Below, one piece after another: positions 25,965-37,789 of a stretch of DNA of 64,000 nucleotides. Source of the DNA: Rhizophagus irregularis (lineage: Eukaryota); the NCBI RefSeq assembly GCF_026210795.1, contig NC_089434.1:868001-932000 (forward strand). The letters run 5' to 3'. How positions within the stretch are numbered: the first letter of the stretch is position 1; every line of letters begins with the position of its first letter. Below the pieces are notes generated by a model. The model saw only the letters and a list, made by a program, of their open reading frames with translations, was not told the DNA's origin and did not search any database. The position numbers were made by a program, and so were the translations under genes.

Positions 25965-26817
25965 TCGGTTGATATTTGAATTATGAAAAATTATGTTTTA
26001 TACGTGATTTTGGCATCTTTTCGTTACTTTTTACGATATTAGAAATATGATTTGATGTATATATAGTATGAAAATAAAATTATTTTATGTTTTTATCGCC
26101 ATTTAAAGTGAAATTATATTGTCAAATAAAAAATATGATTTGTTGTCATAATATGTGATATAATTGTAGGATGAAAATTTCAATACAAAAAATAAAAAAT
26201 AATTTATGTGATGTCGATGGGCGGAATGATAATGTTTAAAATGTTGAATAGATTATCTTAAAACAGAATATAATCATGATGTAAAACATATAGTTTTTTT
26301 CTAATTGGTACTTAAATGATATATATTATTTATATTATTATATATTGTTCTTTATTTTCTGCTTATTAATGTTCTTTTCACAAAATGTATATAATATTCT
26401 AATATATATAACGCTAAATTTGATTCTATAAAAAATTTCTGTGGCACAAGAATACATCATTGAATACCATATTTGATTGTATTTAAATGGTACAAAGAAA
26501 CATAAACAATAACAATAATTTATACCTTATTAAAATTGATAGGAGTTTTTCTCCGTGAACTTTAACTAAGGAAGGTAATCAATTAACATATAACTTCTAT
26601 TTCTTTTCGTGCTACTTAATGGTACAGGTCAGCAGGTAGATAAATAAACCATCCATTCTACTTTTTTAGGAACTTTTTCAGATGATTCTTTGTTGATATT
26701 TTCTAGATTCATTTCATTCCATTTCTTTTCTTTTCTTTTTCATTTCTTACTGTTTTACTTTATACTTTATTCTTTATTTTTTATTTTTATTTTTTATTTT
26801 TTTTTATCTTAAAAAAG

Positions 26818-27444
26818 ATGCCTCGAGATAAACCGAAACGTTGGGAAACTCAAGATACAATTAAAGTCCTTAATTATCTCAATGATAATTTTGAACTTTG
26901 GTATAAAAGTCCTTTCGTTGCATGTGTTAAAGCAATAGAAGCAACTAATATAATTCGAGACGGAAAACAAGTTTATAATAAAGTTCATGGTTTGGTTCAG
27001 GATATGGAAAAATTTCTCGATACCGGCAAAAAAGCAAATAATTCTGCCGTTATTTGGGAAAATGAAGAAATTCATAGTTTGGTAAGAGCAATGTGTGTGA
27101 AATCCAGAGAAAAAAAGAGAAATGAAAATCAAGAAACTTCAAGTCGTATGAGTGACGGTGATGTTGAAATGAAGTACGTTGTTGATTCATTAAACATTTC
27201 ATTATAATTATTAAATTATTAACAAATATTTCTTTTTAGCATCGATCAAATAACGGTATCATCTGAGGAATCTACTAATCAAAATGACACAAATAGGAAC
27301 ATTCCTAAATTATCTTTTACTGTTGAAGAGGTTAATAATGTTTATAATGAAAAAATTAAGAAATTTGAAAAACTTCGAGCCGAACTTATCGAGTCTATTG
27401 AGATTGCCAATAAAAAATTTGATGATTTTAAAAAATTTCAATGA
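26818..27444 (+). CDS. Cluster paralog 8: Myb/SANT-like + single coiled-coil module (186 aa)
   Basis: Exon1 26818-27173, intron 27174-27239 (GTACGT..TTTAG), exon2 27240-27444 (absent from the ORF track; ...LSFTVEEVNNVYNEKIKKFEKLRAELIESIEIANKKFDDFKKFQ*). Spliced length is 561 nt, in frame. Confidence 0.88.
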
Positions 27445-28636
27445 TTTAATTGGAGCATAGTAAATGGTAAATCAAAAATTTTCTTCTTTTTCTTGAATTG
27501 GTTTTACTGTACCATTTGTACGTGATTTTTATTAATATCATATCTTTTTTTTTTCTTTCGATAAAGATTTCAAATATATATGCGACGTATCACGCATATC
27601 ATTTGTAAGTTTAATTATTATTTAGTTAAGGTTGGGCAAATTAAGGTGCCCAAAGAATTAAAAGAATTTTTAAGATATTTGTACCAATATTCTTTCCTGT
27701 ATAGTTTAATTGTTCGTTTGGATATTGACATTTGAAAATTCTTCGATTCTTTAGATTCTTAGCTTAAGAACGATACTCATTTAATTGTATCCCTAAAAAC
27801 ATTACATCCTACGTTTTGATTAATATTATTCTGTACAAAATTTTATATTAAATCAAGATTTTAATTAATAAAAAAATATGTGTATATTCAATTATTAAAT
27901 TTTAAATACAACCGATATAAAATTTCGCGTCAAAAAAAAATATTTCTCAGTTGCTGCGCTTGACGACGGATTATGGATAATTATAGGATAATTTTTCGGC
28001 GGTGGCGTTATCAATGCATGTCACGATTTTCATATTGGTTCTTTTTAAATAATAAATATGGGCATATCGATTCATTTGATTGTATTAATGAAATTATCAT
28101 AAATTTGATACAGTACATTTATTTCTATTTTATTATTGTTCTTTTCTATTCAATTCTATTCTGCCCGTATATTCTGCCGATTATTTTTTTTCACACACTA
28201 AATTTTTTTTGGTAACATAGATGATTGAGATGACTCACTTTTACTTGTATAATCTAAACAAATTGACAGTTGAAAACAAAATAATATCCTTATATGGGTA
28301 GAAGCCATCCATTTATTCAAATGAGTTTTAAACACAAGAACACCAATAAATATCAACAATTATTAATATAAACTTTTATCTGCATATCTTACAGAAAATA
28401 TGGTAATGATGACGCTGATTAACAGGAAATCATATTTCCACTTTTATATTAGATACTTTATTTTTAAAAAAAATTCAAAGAACGTCGTTAACTTCCTTTT
28501 ATAGCTTAATTCGTTAGATAACGATTTTATATCCGCTCATCTCATTTCACAGAAAAAAAAAACTTTTTTTTTTTTGCGTTCTTTTACATACATACAAAGA
28601 TACGATCGATTTATTTTTTTACTATTAAAAAAAAAG

Positions 28637-29332
28637 ATGCCTAGACCTGAGAAACCAAGACGATGGGAATCTTCAGAAATAGTGGTAGTTTTAAATTATC
28701 TTTATGATAATTTTGACACGTGGTATGATAGTCCTTATGTTGCTTGCGCTGAAGCAATAATGGCTACTAATGTTAAACGAGGAGGTAGTTCAGTTTATGG
28801 TAAAGTTCATAATATGATTAGAATTATGGATGATTACCTTCGGACGGGTAAAAAAAATTCGAATACTTGCGACATCTTATGGCAGAATAAAAAAGTTCGT
28901 GATTTGATAAAAGAAATGTGTTATAAAAATACAGAAAGAAAGAGAAAAGATGAAACTACGAAAAATCGTAAGAAGAGGTATGACATCATTATATCACATT
29001 TTATACTAACAGTATTACAAATTTATATTAACCATCAATTCTCTAGTATTAGTAAAGCGATAACAACTGTAACAACTGAAGCATCTACGACTACAAGTCA
29101 GATAGATGTTCCTCAGATGCCTTTTTCAATTGAAACGATTGATGAGATTTATAATGAACAAATTAAAAAAGTTGAAAATTTGGTATTAAAATCAAAAGAG
29201 ACTATTGAGACAAGAAATCAAGAAATTCGTGATTTATATGAACAAATTTCTCATCGTCGTTCTGAACTTATCGAATTAATTGAGATGGCTAATAATAAAT
29301 TGAATGATTTGAAGGATTTTTCTATAGTATAA
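28637..29332 (+). CDS. Cluster paralog 9: Myb/SANT-like + coiled-coil protein (208 aa)
   Basis: ATG 28637 (MPRPEKPRRW). Exon1 28637-28977, intron 28978-29046 (GTATGA..TCTAG, 69 nt, read through in the ORF track), exon2 29047-29332. Spliced length is 627 nt, in frame. Confidence 0.88.
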   Translation: MPRPEKPRRWESSEIVVVLNYLYDNFDTWYDSPYVACAEAIMATNVKRGGSSVYGKVHNMIRIMDDYLRTGKKNSNTCDILWQNKKVRDLIKEMCYKNTERKRKDETTKNRKKRYDIIISHFILTVLQIYINHQFSSISKAITTVTTEASTTTSQIDVPQMPFSIETIDEIYNEQIKKVENLVLKSKETIETRNQEIRDLYEQISHRRSELIELIEMANNKLNDLKDFSIV

Positions 29333-29387
29333 AAATTGGTATAAAAAATTGGTATAAAATTGGTATAAAATTGGTATAAAATTGGTA
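29328..29387. repeat. 11-12 bp tandem repeat (GTATAAAATTG) x5 overlapping the paralog 9 stop codon
   Basis: Directly visible. Confidence 0.85.
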
Positions 29388-29926
29388 ATAATCTCTTATC
29401 TTTAATTAGATTGATGTTTATTTTTGTAATATGATTTATTGATTAATTTACGTAATTTTTTTTTTTAAATAGAATAATAGGATTCTTTTTTTTCTTTCTT
29501 TTACATAATAAGAAATATGGGCTTAGCTTTTTGTATTATGTATATATTCTTTTTTACTTAAGCAAACATATGATTATTTATTATATAAGCGAAATTAAAT
29601 TGAGCACGATCGAAGAATTTTTATCATCATCAAATTCTTTTTTTTTATAGTTTCTTTTATAGTTTTATTTGAGGAATTTGGTATTTAAAATTGTAGTTTA
29701 TTTTAAGTTGTTAGTTAAATGAAAATTTTAAATAAAAAAGGGTTATTAAAATTTAACGATATTGATTTTTTGTATCATTAAATGTAACGTAAAAGTTTGT
29801 CGATCGACGATCATAAATTTGCCCATCTGCCAATCAAAATAAGAGGCGTTACTACCAGATTATGACGTATCAACTGGGTGAAATTAACAAAGTAACGTGA
29901 TTTTTAATGGTATTTTTTACAAAAAT

Positions 29927-30075
29927 GAGCATTGCTAAATCTCACCCGCAGGTGATCCTCACCAGCATTAGCAAATATTAATGGGCAGAGTTTCATAACA
30001 TTTTTAATTCCGCCCAAAATTCTACCCTAATTCTAGTAAGGTGACAATCGCCAGCGGTGATATTTAGCAATACTC
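29927..30075. mobile_element. 149-bp MITE-like inverted-repeat element with GAG...CTC termini
   Basis: GAGCATTGCTAAATCTCACC versus the reverse complement of the right end, GAGTATTGCTAAATATCACC (18/20). No clean TSD. Confidence 0.7.
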
Positions 30076-30589
30076 TTAAAAATAGATGTATGTTTTAAAT
30101 TCTAAACCCATATTGTATTAGTGTGATAATTAGACTAGCATAATTGATTTACCGAGTAAATTATTTCTTTATGCGCGTTTTCTTTTTTTTCTTTAATTTT
30201 AATTTCAGTAATTTCGGCCTAATCATGTAAGTTGTAACGTTATAAAAAAATCGATGACGAGTCTTAGTCGTTTTATCATTTCGAAATAAAATAAAAAAAA
30301 TGTTTTTTTTTTTCAGTTAAATTATTTTCTCACGATTTTTCTTTTTTTGTTTAATGAGTGAATTTTTTTTTCACGTACTAAATTTCTTTTGTATAATTCA
30401 TTAAAAATTATTATGATATAATTTGTTTTATTTGTTTATTCTTTTGATCTTCTTACTTTTTTACCGTTTCTACTTTTTTTTTTTATTTATATATAAATAT
30501 AAAAATCTTATTAAACCAAATTTCTTAGCTAAAAAAAAAAAAAAAAAAAAAAGTAAATCTCTTAAATTCTTTTATACTTAAAAAAAAAG

Positions 30590-31358
30590 ATGTCTCAATT
30601 GGGTGGGGGAAAACGATGGAATGCTTCAGAGTTGATCGAAATTTTAATTTACCTTAATAATAATTTTAGAGATTGGTATGAAAATTCTTATGGAACTTGT
30701 AATAAAGCGGTAGAAGCCACAAATAATTCTCGAGGTGCTAATTCAGTATATTGTAAAGTTCATAAGATGATTAGAGCGATGGATGATTATCTTACAACTG
30801 GTAAAAAACAAACTCGTGATATTATTTGGAAGGATCAATTGATTTACGATTTGATAAAAAGAATTCATAGAAAAACTAAAGAAAGAAAGGCAAGAGAAGA
30901 AAATGAAGAAGCTATAAAGAGAAGAAATTTAAGTTATCGCATTATTGAAGATGATACTGAAATGCAATTGGAAAATATAAAGTAAGGATAGTAAGGATGA
31001 TGTTTAAAATTACTAATTTTTTTTTCATTATTTTTATCAATTTATTTTTATGGTTTTTTTTTTTAGTAGTCAAATGACAGCTGGGACAGAATCCACTAGT
31101 CAATTGAAAATTGAAGTTCCACAACTACCTTTTTCAGTTGATACTATCGATAGCCTTCGTAGTGAACAAATTCTAAAAACCGAACGTCATGCTCGAGAAT
31201 TAGTAGCATTATCAAAAGAATCAATTGATGCTAGACATAAAGAAGTTCGTGAATTAACTGGAAAAATTTCACAACATCAAATTGAACTTGAGAAAATGAT
31301 TAAAGAAGCCAATGATAAGTTAGAAAAGTTGAAAGATGTTAATAGCTTTAATGACTGA
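30590..31358 (+). CDS. Cluster paralog 10: Myb/SANT-like + coiled-coil protein (227 aa)
   Basis: Exon1 30590-30981, intron 30982-31066 (GTAAGG..TTTAG, with a NAGNAG alternative acceptor 3 nt downstream), exon2 31067-31358. Spliced length is 684 nt, in frame. Confidence 0.88.
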
Positions 31359-32836
31359 CTGTTAGTATAGTACTGATAAATTGATCTGACTTTCTTTCTT
31401 ATTAAAAGAAAAAAACGAAATTATGATTTTGCAAGTATTCTTTTATTTAATTATGATTTTCATTTGTAAATACGGATTTCAAAGTATAATATCAATTAAT
31501 TTATTCAACTTTATGATTTTATAACAATTTATATAATTATCGTTATATATAACATAATCGAGCAAAATAGTAACAATATTATTACAAGGTTTAGAACATC
31601 TTATTTTAAAATGTATTATTTTTTTAAAATAAATTTAGGGTAAATCTAGATCTCGCACCCGTATAATGCTTTTAAATTTTGCATTCCCTATCATGTGATT
31701 TACTGTACAACTAAAATTTAATTGGCTAATTTAACTTGATTGGTTAATTTTTTTATAAAAAATGTATAAAAAACAGCTTAAATTATAAAAAATTTTTTTT
31801 TTTTAGAAAACTGTAACCAACTTTACAATTTTTAAACAGTTTTTTTTATTGATTCATTTGATTGTAAGGTTTTTTTTAAAAAATTGTACTCCTGGTTTTA
31901 TATTTTTTTTGAACATCACTAACATTCTTTGAACAACTACTGGACTTGAAATTTAGCAAAATGGTAGGTTAAAAAAGTGTGTGTTATACTTATTTTTTGT
32001 TGTAGAGACGTCACTAACGTTCCTTTTCTCTTTTTTCTTTAAGAACTCCTGAATTTGGAATTTGATGAAATGGTAGATTATAGAAGTGTGTATTGTAATT
32101 TTTTTTTTTGTTATAAGAACATTAACGTTCCTTTTTCTTCTTTTCCCTAGATAAAGCTCAAGTCAGCTTAAGTCCATAACAAGAAATAAAAAAGAATAAA
32201 AAAGAATTATAAGATAAGGAATCAAGATAAGAAAGAACTGTAACAATAGTAGGAAAAGAAAAAAAAACCAAAAAGAAGGATCTACCTCAATAGTAAGGTC
32301 TTAAATTATATTCTTGAAAGAAGAAAAACAATATCAACAAAAAGTAATTAAACAAAAAAAAAGTAAAAGCAAATAAAAAAGCTTTAAAGTAACAAGGAAA
32401 ATGCATTTAAAAAAAAATCATCCCGGCTGATAAACAAAACTGAATTATTATAGAACCACGTGATAAAAAGTAACTTTAAAAATAAGAACATTTTTTTTAT
32501 AATTTAATAAAAATTCAATAGTTTTTCGTTTAATAAAAATAAAGAAATTTTTTTCTATAATTTAATAAAAAAAAATCGAAAAATAGAAAAAAAATTTGAA
32601 TCATCTAACACGCTTTATTAAAAATAATTTTAGTCGTATACAACTATAGCGATAGGTGCCTCGGAATTGCTGAATTGAAATTATGACATCACAAAATATG
32701 GATTTTACCATTTAAATATTTAACAAATCATCGAGACCAACATTATAAATTTACGGATTACAAATTATCTACGGCATAACCAGAAAAAAATATAATTTTT
32801 GTATTTTTGACATCGGTATTGTGGCGATTTAATATA

Positions 32837-32910
32837 CAGTCAGACCTCTTATGTACCGATATCCTATGTACCGATAATTGCCTGTACCGATAAATTTTCT
32901 ATGTCCCGTT
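32837..32910 (+). mobile_element. Solo pogo-type terminus
   Basis: TA|CAGTCAGACCTCTTATGTACCGA followed by repeated TGTACCGA, resembling the 19440 terminus. Confidence 0.55.
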
Positions 32911-33407
32911 TCATAATTAATAAAAAAACCTCATTGTACTGAACTACTGATGTTATATATAGTTTCACTAACAATTGTAACATGTACTGATACTTTAGGT
33001 TACACTGGTATTAATTCGGGCCAACACTATAAATTTGTGCCAGAGTTAACATAAAGGTTCCATCCAAATCACATGACAATTTAATATGTTAGCTAATCTG
33101 GAGTTTTCATAATGCTGGCAAGAATTGGATTTTGGCCCGTATTATGATTCACTGATGACAGTATAGTCGGTATATGTAACGATAATTTGATATATATATA
33201 CAACTATCCTAAAAAATAATGCTCACTTCCGACGAACAATGAAGATGTGAAAAATGATTTATAGTTAATAAAAAAATCTATTTAATTTTAATAAAAAAAA
33301 AGTGACTTTTTTATAATTTAGTAAAAAAATTCTACACGTGGCCAAAATTCAGCCATTTAAGCATAATTCAGGTTTCAACTTTCAGTCAGCCATGCCGAAA
33401 CTGAAAC

Positions 33408-33765
33408 AGGACTCAGAAATATATACATATACAGATATTGATATGTTGCCATCATAGTGGAGTAAAGTTTTGATTTGCGTACAATTTAAGATTTTTCGTC
33501 CATAATCATCAAGATTGCATATCTTTTATTAAAATTTTTATATGTAAAAAATAGGTTGTGTATTTTTGACCTAAATTTGGCTAATCTATGTATTTATTGT
33601 ATGTACTTATTTAGCTAACTGCATTGTAAGATTTAGCAAATTTCTAAGGGTTGAAAAAATATTATTTAAAAAATTTCTTTTTATATTAGTATTTGGTTTA
33701 ATAAATAATATAGAAGCCATGATAAAATAAATAGCGTGAACTTAATGTCTGAAATTTTATTCGCA
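33408..33765 (+). mobile_element. Third, degenerate copy of the TAGGACCCAG MITE family
   Basis: AGGACTCAGAAATATATA..CATCATAGTGGA..GTAAAGTTTTGATTTGCGTACAATTT..TTTTGACCTAAATTTGGCTAATCT matches 21903-22270. Confidence 0.78.
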
Positions 33766-34249
33766 TATCATAATAAATTAATTAACAGATGCCTTTTCCA
33801 GTCGTACTTTTTTATACATGTTTATCCGAACAATTCAAGAATTGAGGCGCATTACTATTCAAAAGGACGTTCATATTATAACATTATTTCGTCCTTCTAC
33901 ACAAAATTAACTTAAAAATCCACTCAAAAAATCAAAGATTAATACCCAATACCTGATAATTACGTAGAAACAGAATTTTTTGATCGAAGTCTTAGGTGTA
34001 AAACAAGGGCATGTAGAGAGGAATGTCAATAGTACAAAGACTTCAACAACAGCAGTTAACAATGTGTAATTAATAATTATTTATTAAATCAGCAAATAAT
34101 CAAAATCAATCAACAAATTTTCTGGACCACTATTATTTGGATTTGATATTGAACCATTGCATCATTTTCGTCATCTTATTGCAACTCAAACAAAAAATGA
34201 TAAAATAAAGAGACCATTTGAAAGACATTGCTTCTTGATCACAACACAA

Positions 34250-34765
34250 TAAGCGATTGAATAGCTTCGGTGATGTTCAACAAGTAGTTAGTCAATTAAC
34301 AAATTTAAATTCATTGAATTAGATTATAAAGAAAACCAAATTTATATTAAAGATTCTAATTCTGCAACTATGAACTACCAAAAAAAACTTGATACTGTTG
34401 TACGAGCATGTGATGAAGCGTGATGGATGCCGCCATTTAGCTGCAGTCATACCATCATACCAGCTATTTTTCGTGAATACTCAGTTGCTAATTATCGAAT
34501 GAATAAATAAACTCAAATACCTATAAGTATTTTTAATTTAAATCAGAAAAATTGATGATCAACCTAATGATAATAATTTAAATGAAAATACCAATGATAT
34601 TTTTCGATCTTTCTTAAAATTACTTAAAGTATTGATTCCTATTAAGAAAGGAGGTGAGAATCCCATAATAAATTCAGGAGATATATTTTTATAAAAATTG
34701 GTGGAGATGGAAAAAATCTAGAAAGGAAACAGAATCATGTATTATTGCTTTTTGTTTGTTAAATA
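34250..34765 (+). pseudogene. Heavily decayed transposon-like coding relic
   Basis: Broken frames read LDTVVRACDEA, LLKVLIPIKKG and KIGGDGKNLERKQNHV..FCLLN, resembling a repetitive Glomeromycota TE-associated family (from memory). Confidence 0.35.
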
Positions 34766-36859
34766 AACCACCCTCTATCTCTATATGCAACTACAGTAAG
34801 TGCACACCCTCTATGTTCTACACGTGCAAGCAATTTTGATTGTAATTTTTGAATTCTGGAAATGTTTTTAACCAGTGCATTGTACTTCTTTATCGCTTCG
34901 TTAATAGTACTTTATCGCTTAGTTAACAATATTTATTTAGTTATCGACGGATTGGCAGATATTACAGAAAATATAGAAATTATTTGTAGTACCCGAGTAT
35001 ATTCATACTTGAAACAAAGATATGTTTTCATTTTAAATTAATTAGTGTTGAAGAAATTAAGATAACGTCGAACAATTTGACAAATATGAGCGAGAAACAA
35101 TATCTTGTATTAATAGACTGCTTAAAAATTAATTTTTGAAATTGAATTACGATCAAATATAAATTGATTTATCAGACAACGCGTTTCAACTAGAGCTGCG
35201 ACCCGCCAGAATTTCTGGATCCGGATCATACACCCGACTCCATAACGGGTATTACCCGTTTATACTCGTTTACTTTTTTATCAGATATGACTCGAGTAAT
35301 ATCCGGGTATTACCCGGATAAAATCAATTTTTTTCTAATAAATAATATACACTAATACACATCAAGATATTTATTGAAATTTATAACACTTTTTATTGTT
35401 TAAACTTTAGAAATTAAAAAAAAATTAAAATAAGTGTTGCTAGTTACGGCCAAAAATTAAAATCAATATAAACCTTAATTCTGGACGGCAATAAAATTCT
35501 GGCCAGAATTACAGCTATTAGGAGAAGATATATATCACGTGATATATATATATGATGGCGTAGTATATAAAAGTATAATTTAATTATGTTATATTAAAAT
35601 TTAATTAAAGTACACCCGTGTTATTTTCTTTTCTAATAACCCAACTAGCCGAGTTGCTGTAACATAACTCTGGCAAAATTAATTTTCGGTTGGAGTGGTT
35701 GGAGTAATTACCCGCCGGGTTGCATTACAGTAACATAAAAACGGATACAAAGCAGGTATTACTCACTTTTACCTGTTTGCTATTATCCGAGTAAACGGGT
35801 AAAGGGTCGCATTTTTATCTTCATATCTTCTTTACAGTAAATGATTTTTTTACACTCGATTCCTTCATTTTCATTCCATAATCTTATCGTTTTCATACAT
35901 TATCTGTTATCTTCGATTTTATTTTCTTTTGACTTCCTGTTTTTTTTTCTTCAGTCTCGACAAATTCACTAAACTCCCTTTTAACTTTAATTTTTTCTTC
36001 TCGGTCTTAATAACTTCAAATTCATTCTCACCCTTGACTTTAATTTTTCTTTTCGGTTTTAATAACTTCAAATTCACTTTCGATGACTTTTCTATCTTTA
36101 ATGGGTAACATCAAGAAGAATATTTCTTGTACGTAGCCAGGATACTGGTCTATAATGAATATGTAAAACAGCTACTGGAATCGTTAAAGTATTTTTGAGC
36201 ATTTTATTCAAAGTTATTTTAACTTAATATCTTGACTTTTTTGAAACTTCATTGTAGAAATTTTTATTCCCATTCCAATTCCAATTGATTCAGGAACTTG
36301 TACTTTTTCTACTTAATTTTTAACATAATTATCCAACCTTTCAACTTCTTCAGCTATATAAAAGTAGGCGGATATGGCATCAATTCCTCCGAACATTGAT
36401 TTTGCTTCGTTATCATTTATCTAAACGGTTTTGTCGTTTTTATCAATGAATCCAACCTCCGATGTTGTATAGTTGACGAAAATCTATACAGTATAGTTGC
36501 AAATTAACTATACTCTGAGTACTGGAGTATGGAAATTTTTAATACCACATCAGCTATACTGTTATACTTTATAGATTCGGGACATATGGTCATTAGACTA
36601 CTCGACTACTCGATAGACTGTATATCCATTATCCAATAAAATTTTTCTAACTGTATTTATTGTATAAAAAATAATCTAAACAAATATTAAAATTTAACGA
36701 TTATTACTTATAAAAGTAGAAAAAATAGATACGTTTGTGACTTTGTGTTAAAGAATTTTTAAATTAATTTCGAATTTTTTTTTTTTTTAAAGTAGTAACG
36801 CGTTTTTAATTAAGAACAATTATACAATTGATTACATAATTATTTAAACACCTGGAAAA

Positions 36860-37480
36860 TATTATAAATTAAATTATAATACCCTCTAAAACCAAGTTCA
36901 ATCTAATCTAATTCTAAATAAAATAACTTATAACCCAGACTAAAATATCAACTAAACTATTTTAACTATCATACTCCAATAATTTTTAATCGAATTCCCT
37001 TCTGTTATTGTTCCTATCATTCTATACTTCGTTACTATCTTTAAATTTTTGATTAATTTTTTTTCATTTATTTCCTTTTCATTTGTTTTTTTCAGATTTT
37101 TTGTTATTTTTATTGTTATTTATATCCTCTTCAAAATCTCCTATTGACTCCTTCTCTACTTGCCTTTTCCTTTTCTTTAAATCCTTTTTCATTAGACCTC
37201 TTTCTTTTTCGATTTCGTATATCGTTTCGCATCTTTTTTCCATATTTTTTTAATCTAATATGTTCGTAATACCACAAATTTTTTATCGCTTTTTTATAAT
37301 CCTTTCTTTTTGAGATTTTATTAAAATTATGATTATATACGCCCCTTAATAATTCCCACTCTCTATTTTTCCCAAAATTCTAATAAATTCAAAATTTATA
37401 TCTTTCACTATTTCTGCTTCTTCCTTTTTCTTTTCTTCTATTAATCTCAATTCATATTCATAAACAGCATGGCGAAGACG
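36860..37480 (-). mobile_element. Probable decayed 3' end of a non-LTR retrotransposon
   Basis: Strongly purine-rich minus strand with broken frames (..IKNLW..RCETIYEIEKEKGL.KKDLKKRKR..), similar in layout to the C-terminus of the LINE ORF in this window. Confidence 0.35.
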
Positions 37481-37789
37481 TTTTTTATTAGTAATTAAAT
37501 TAAAAAAACGTTTTTCGCAACATTTTTTTAATTATGTTTTATTAAAAAAAAGTTTTTGCACATTTTTTTAATTGCCCTAATAAAAACATTGTGAAAACAT
37601 TATCGATCAAACGGTCGGTCAAACAGTCAGTCAGGCGGTTGGTCCATAGCAGTCGGTCAGAACGGTTGGTCGGTCAAAGGTTCTTGACCGGTTATGACTG
37701 ACCGATGACTGACCATGACCGACCATTGCCATACATATATAAAGTATAAATAATTGATTTTGATTTACCTGTGTGTGGTGTGAGTCTAT

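Noticed and set aside
2164..31358. Cluster genes as live Harbinger transposon Myb-like ORFs or as secreted effectors
   Set aside because: No Harbinger transposase, TIRs or TSDs flank them. The N-termini are basic with no signal peptide.
35191..35817. hAT-like MITE (TAGAGCTGCGACCC / GGGTCGCATTTTTA)
   Set aside because: The TIR match is short and degenerate and there is no TSD.
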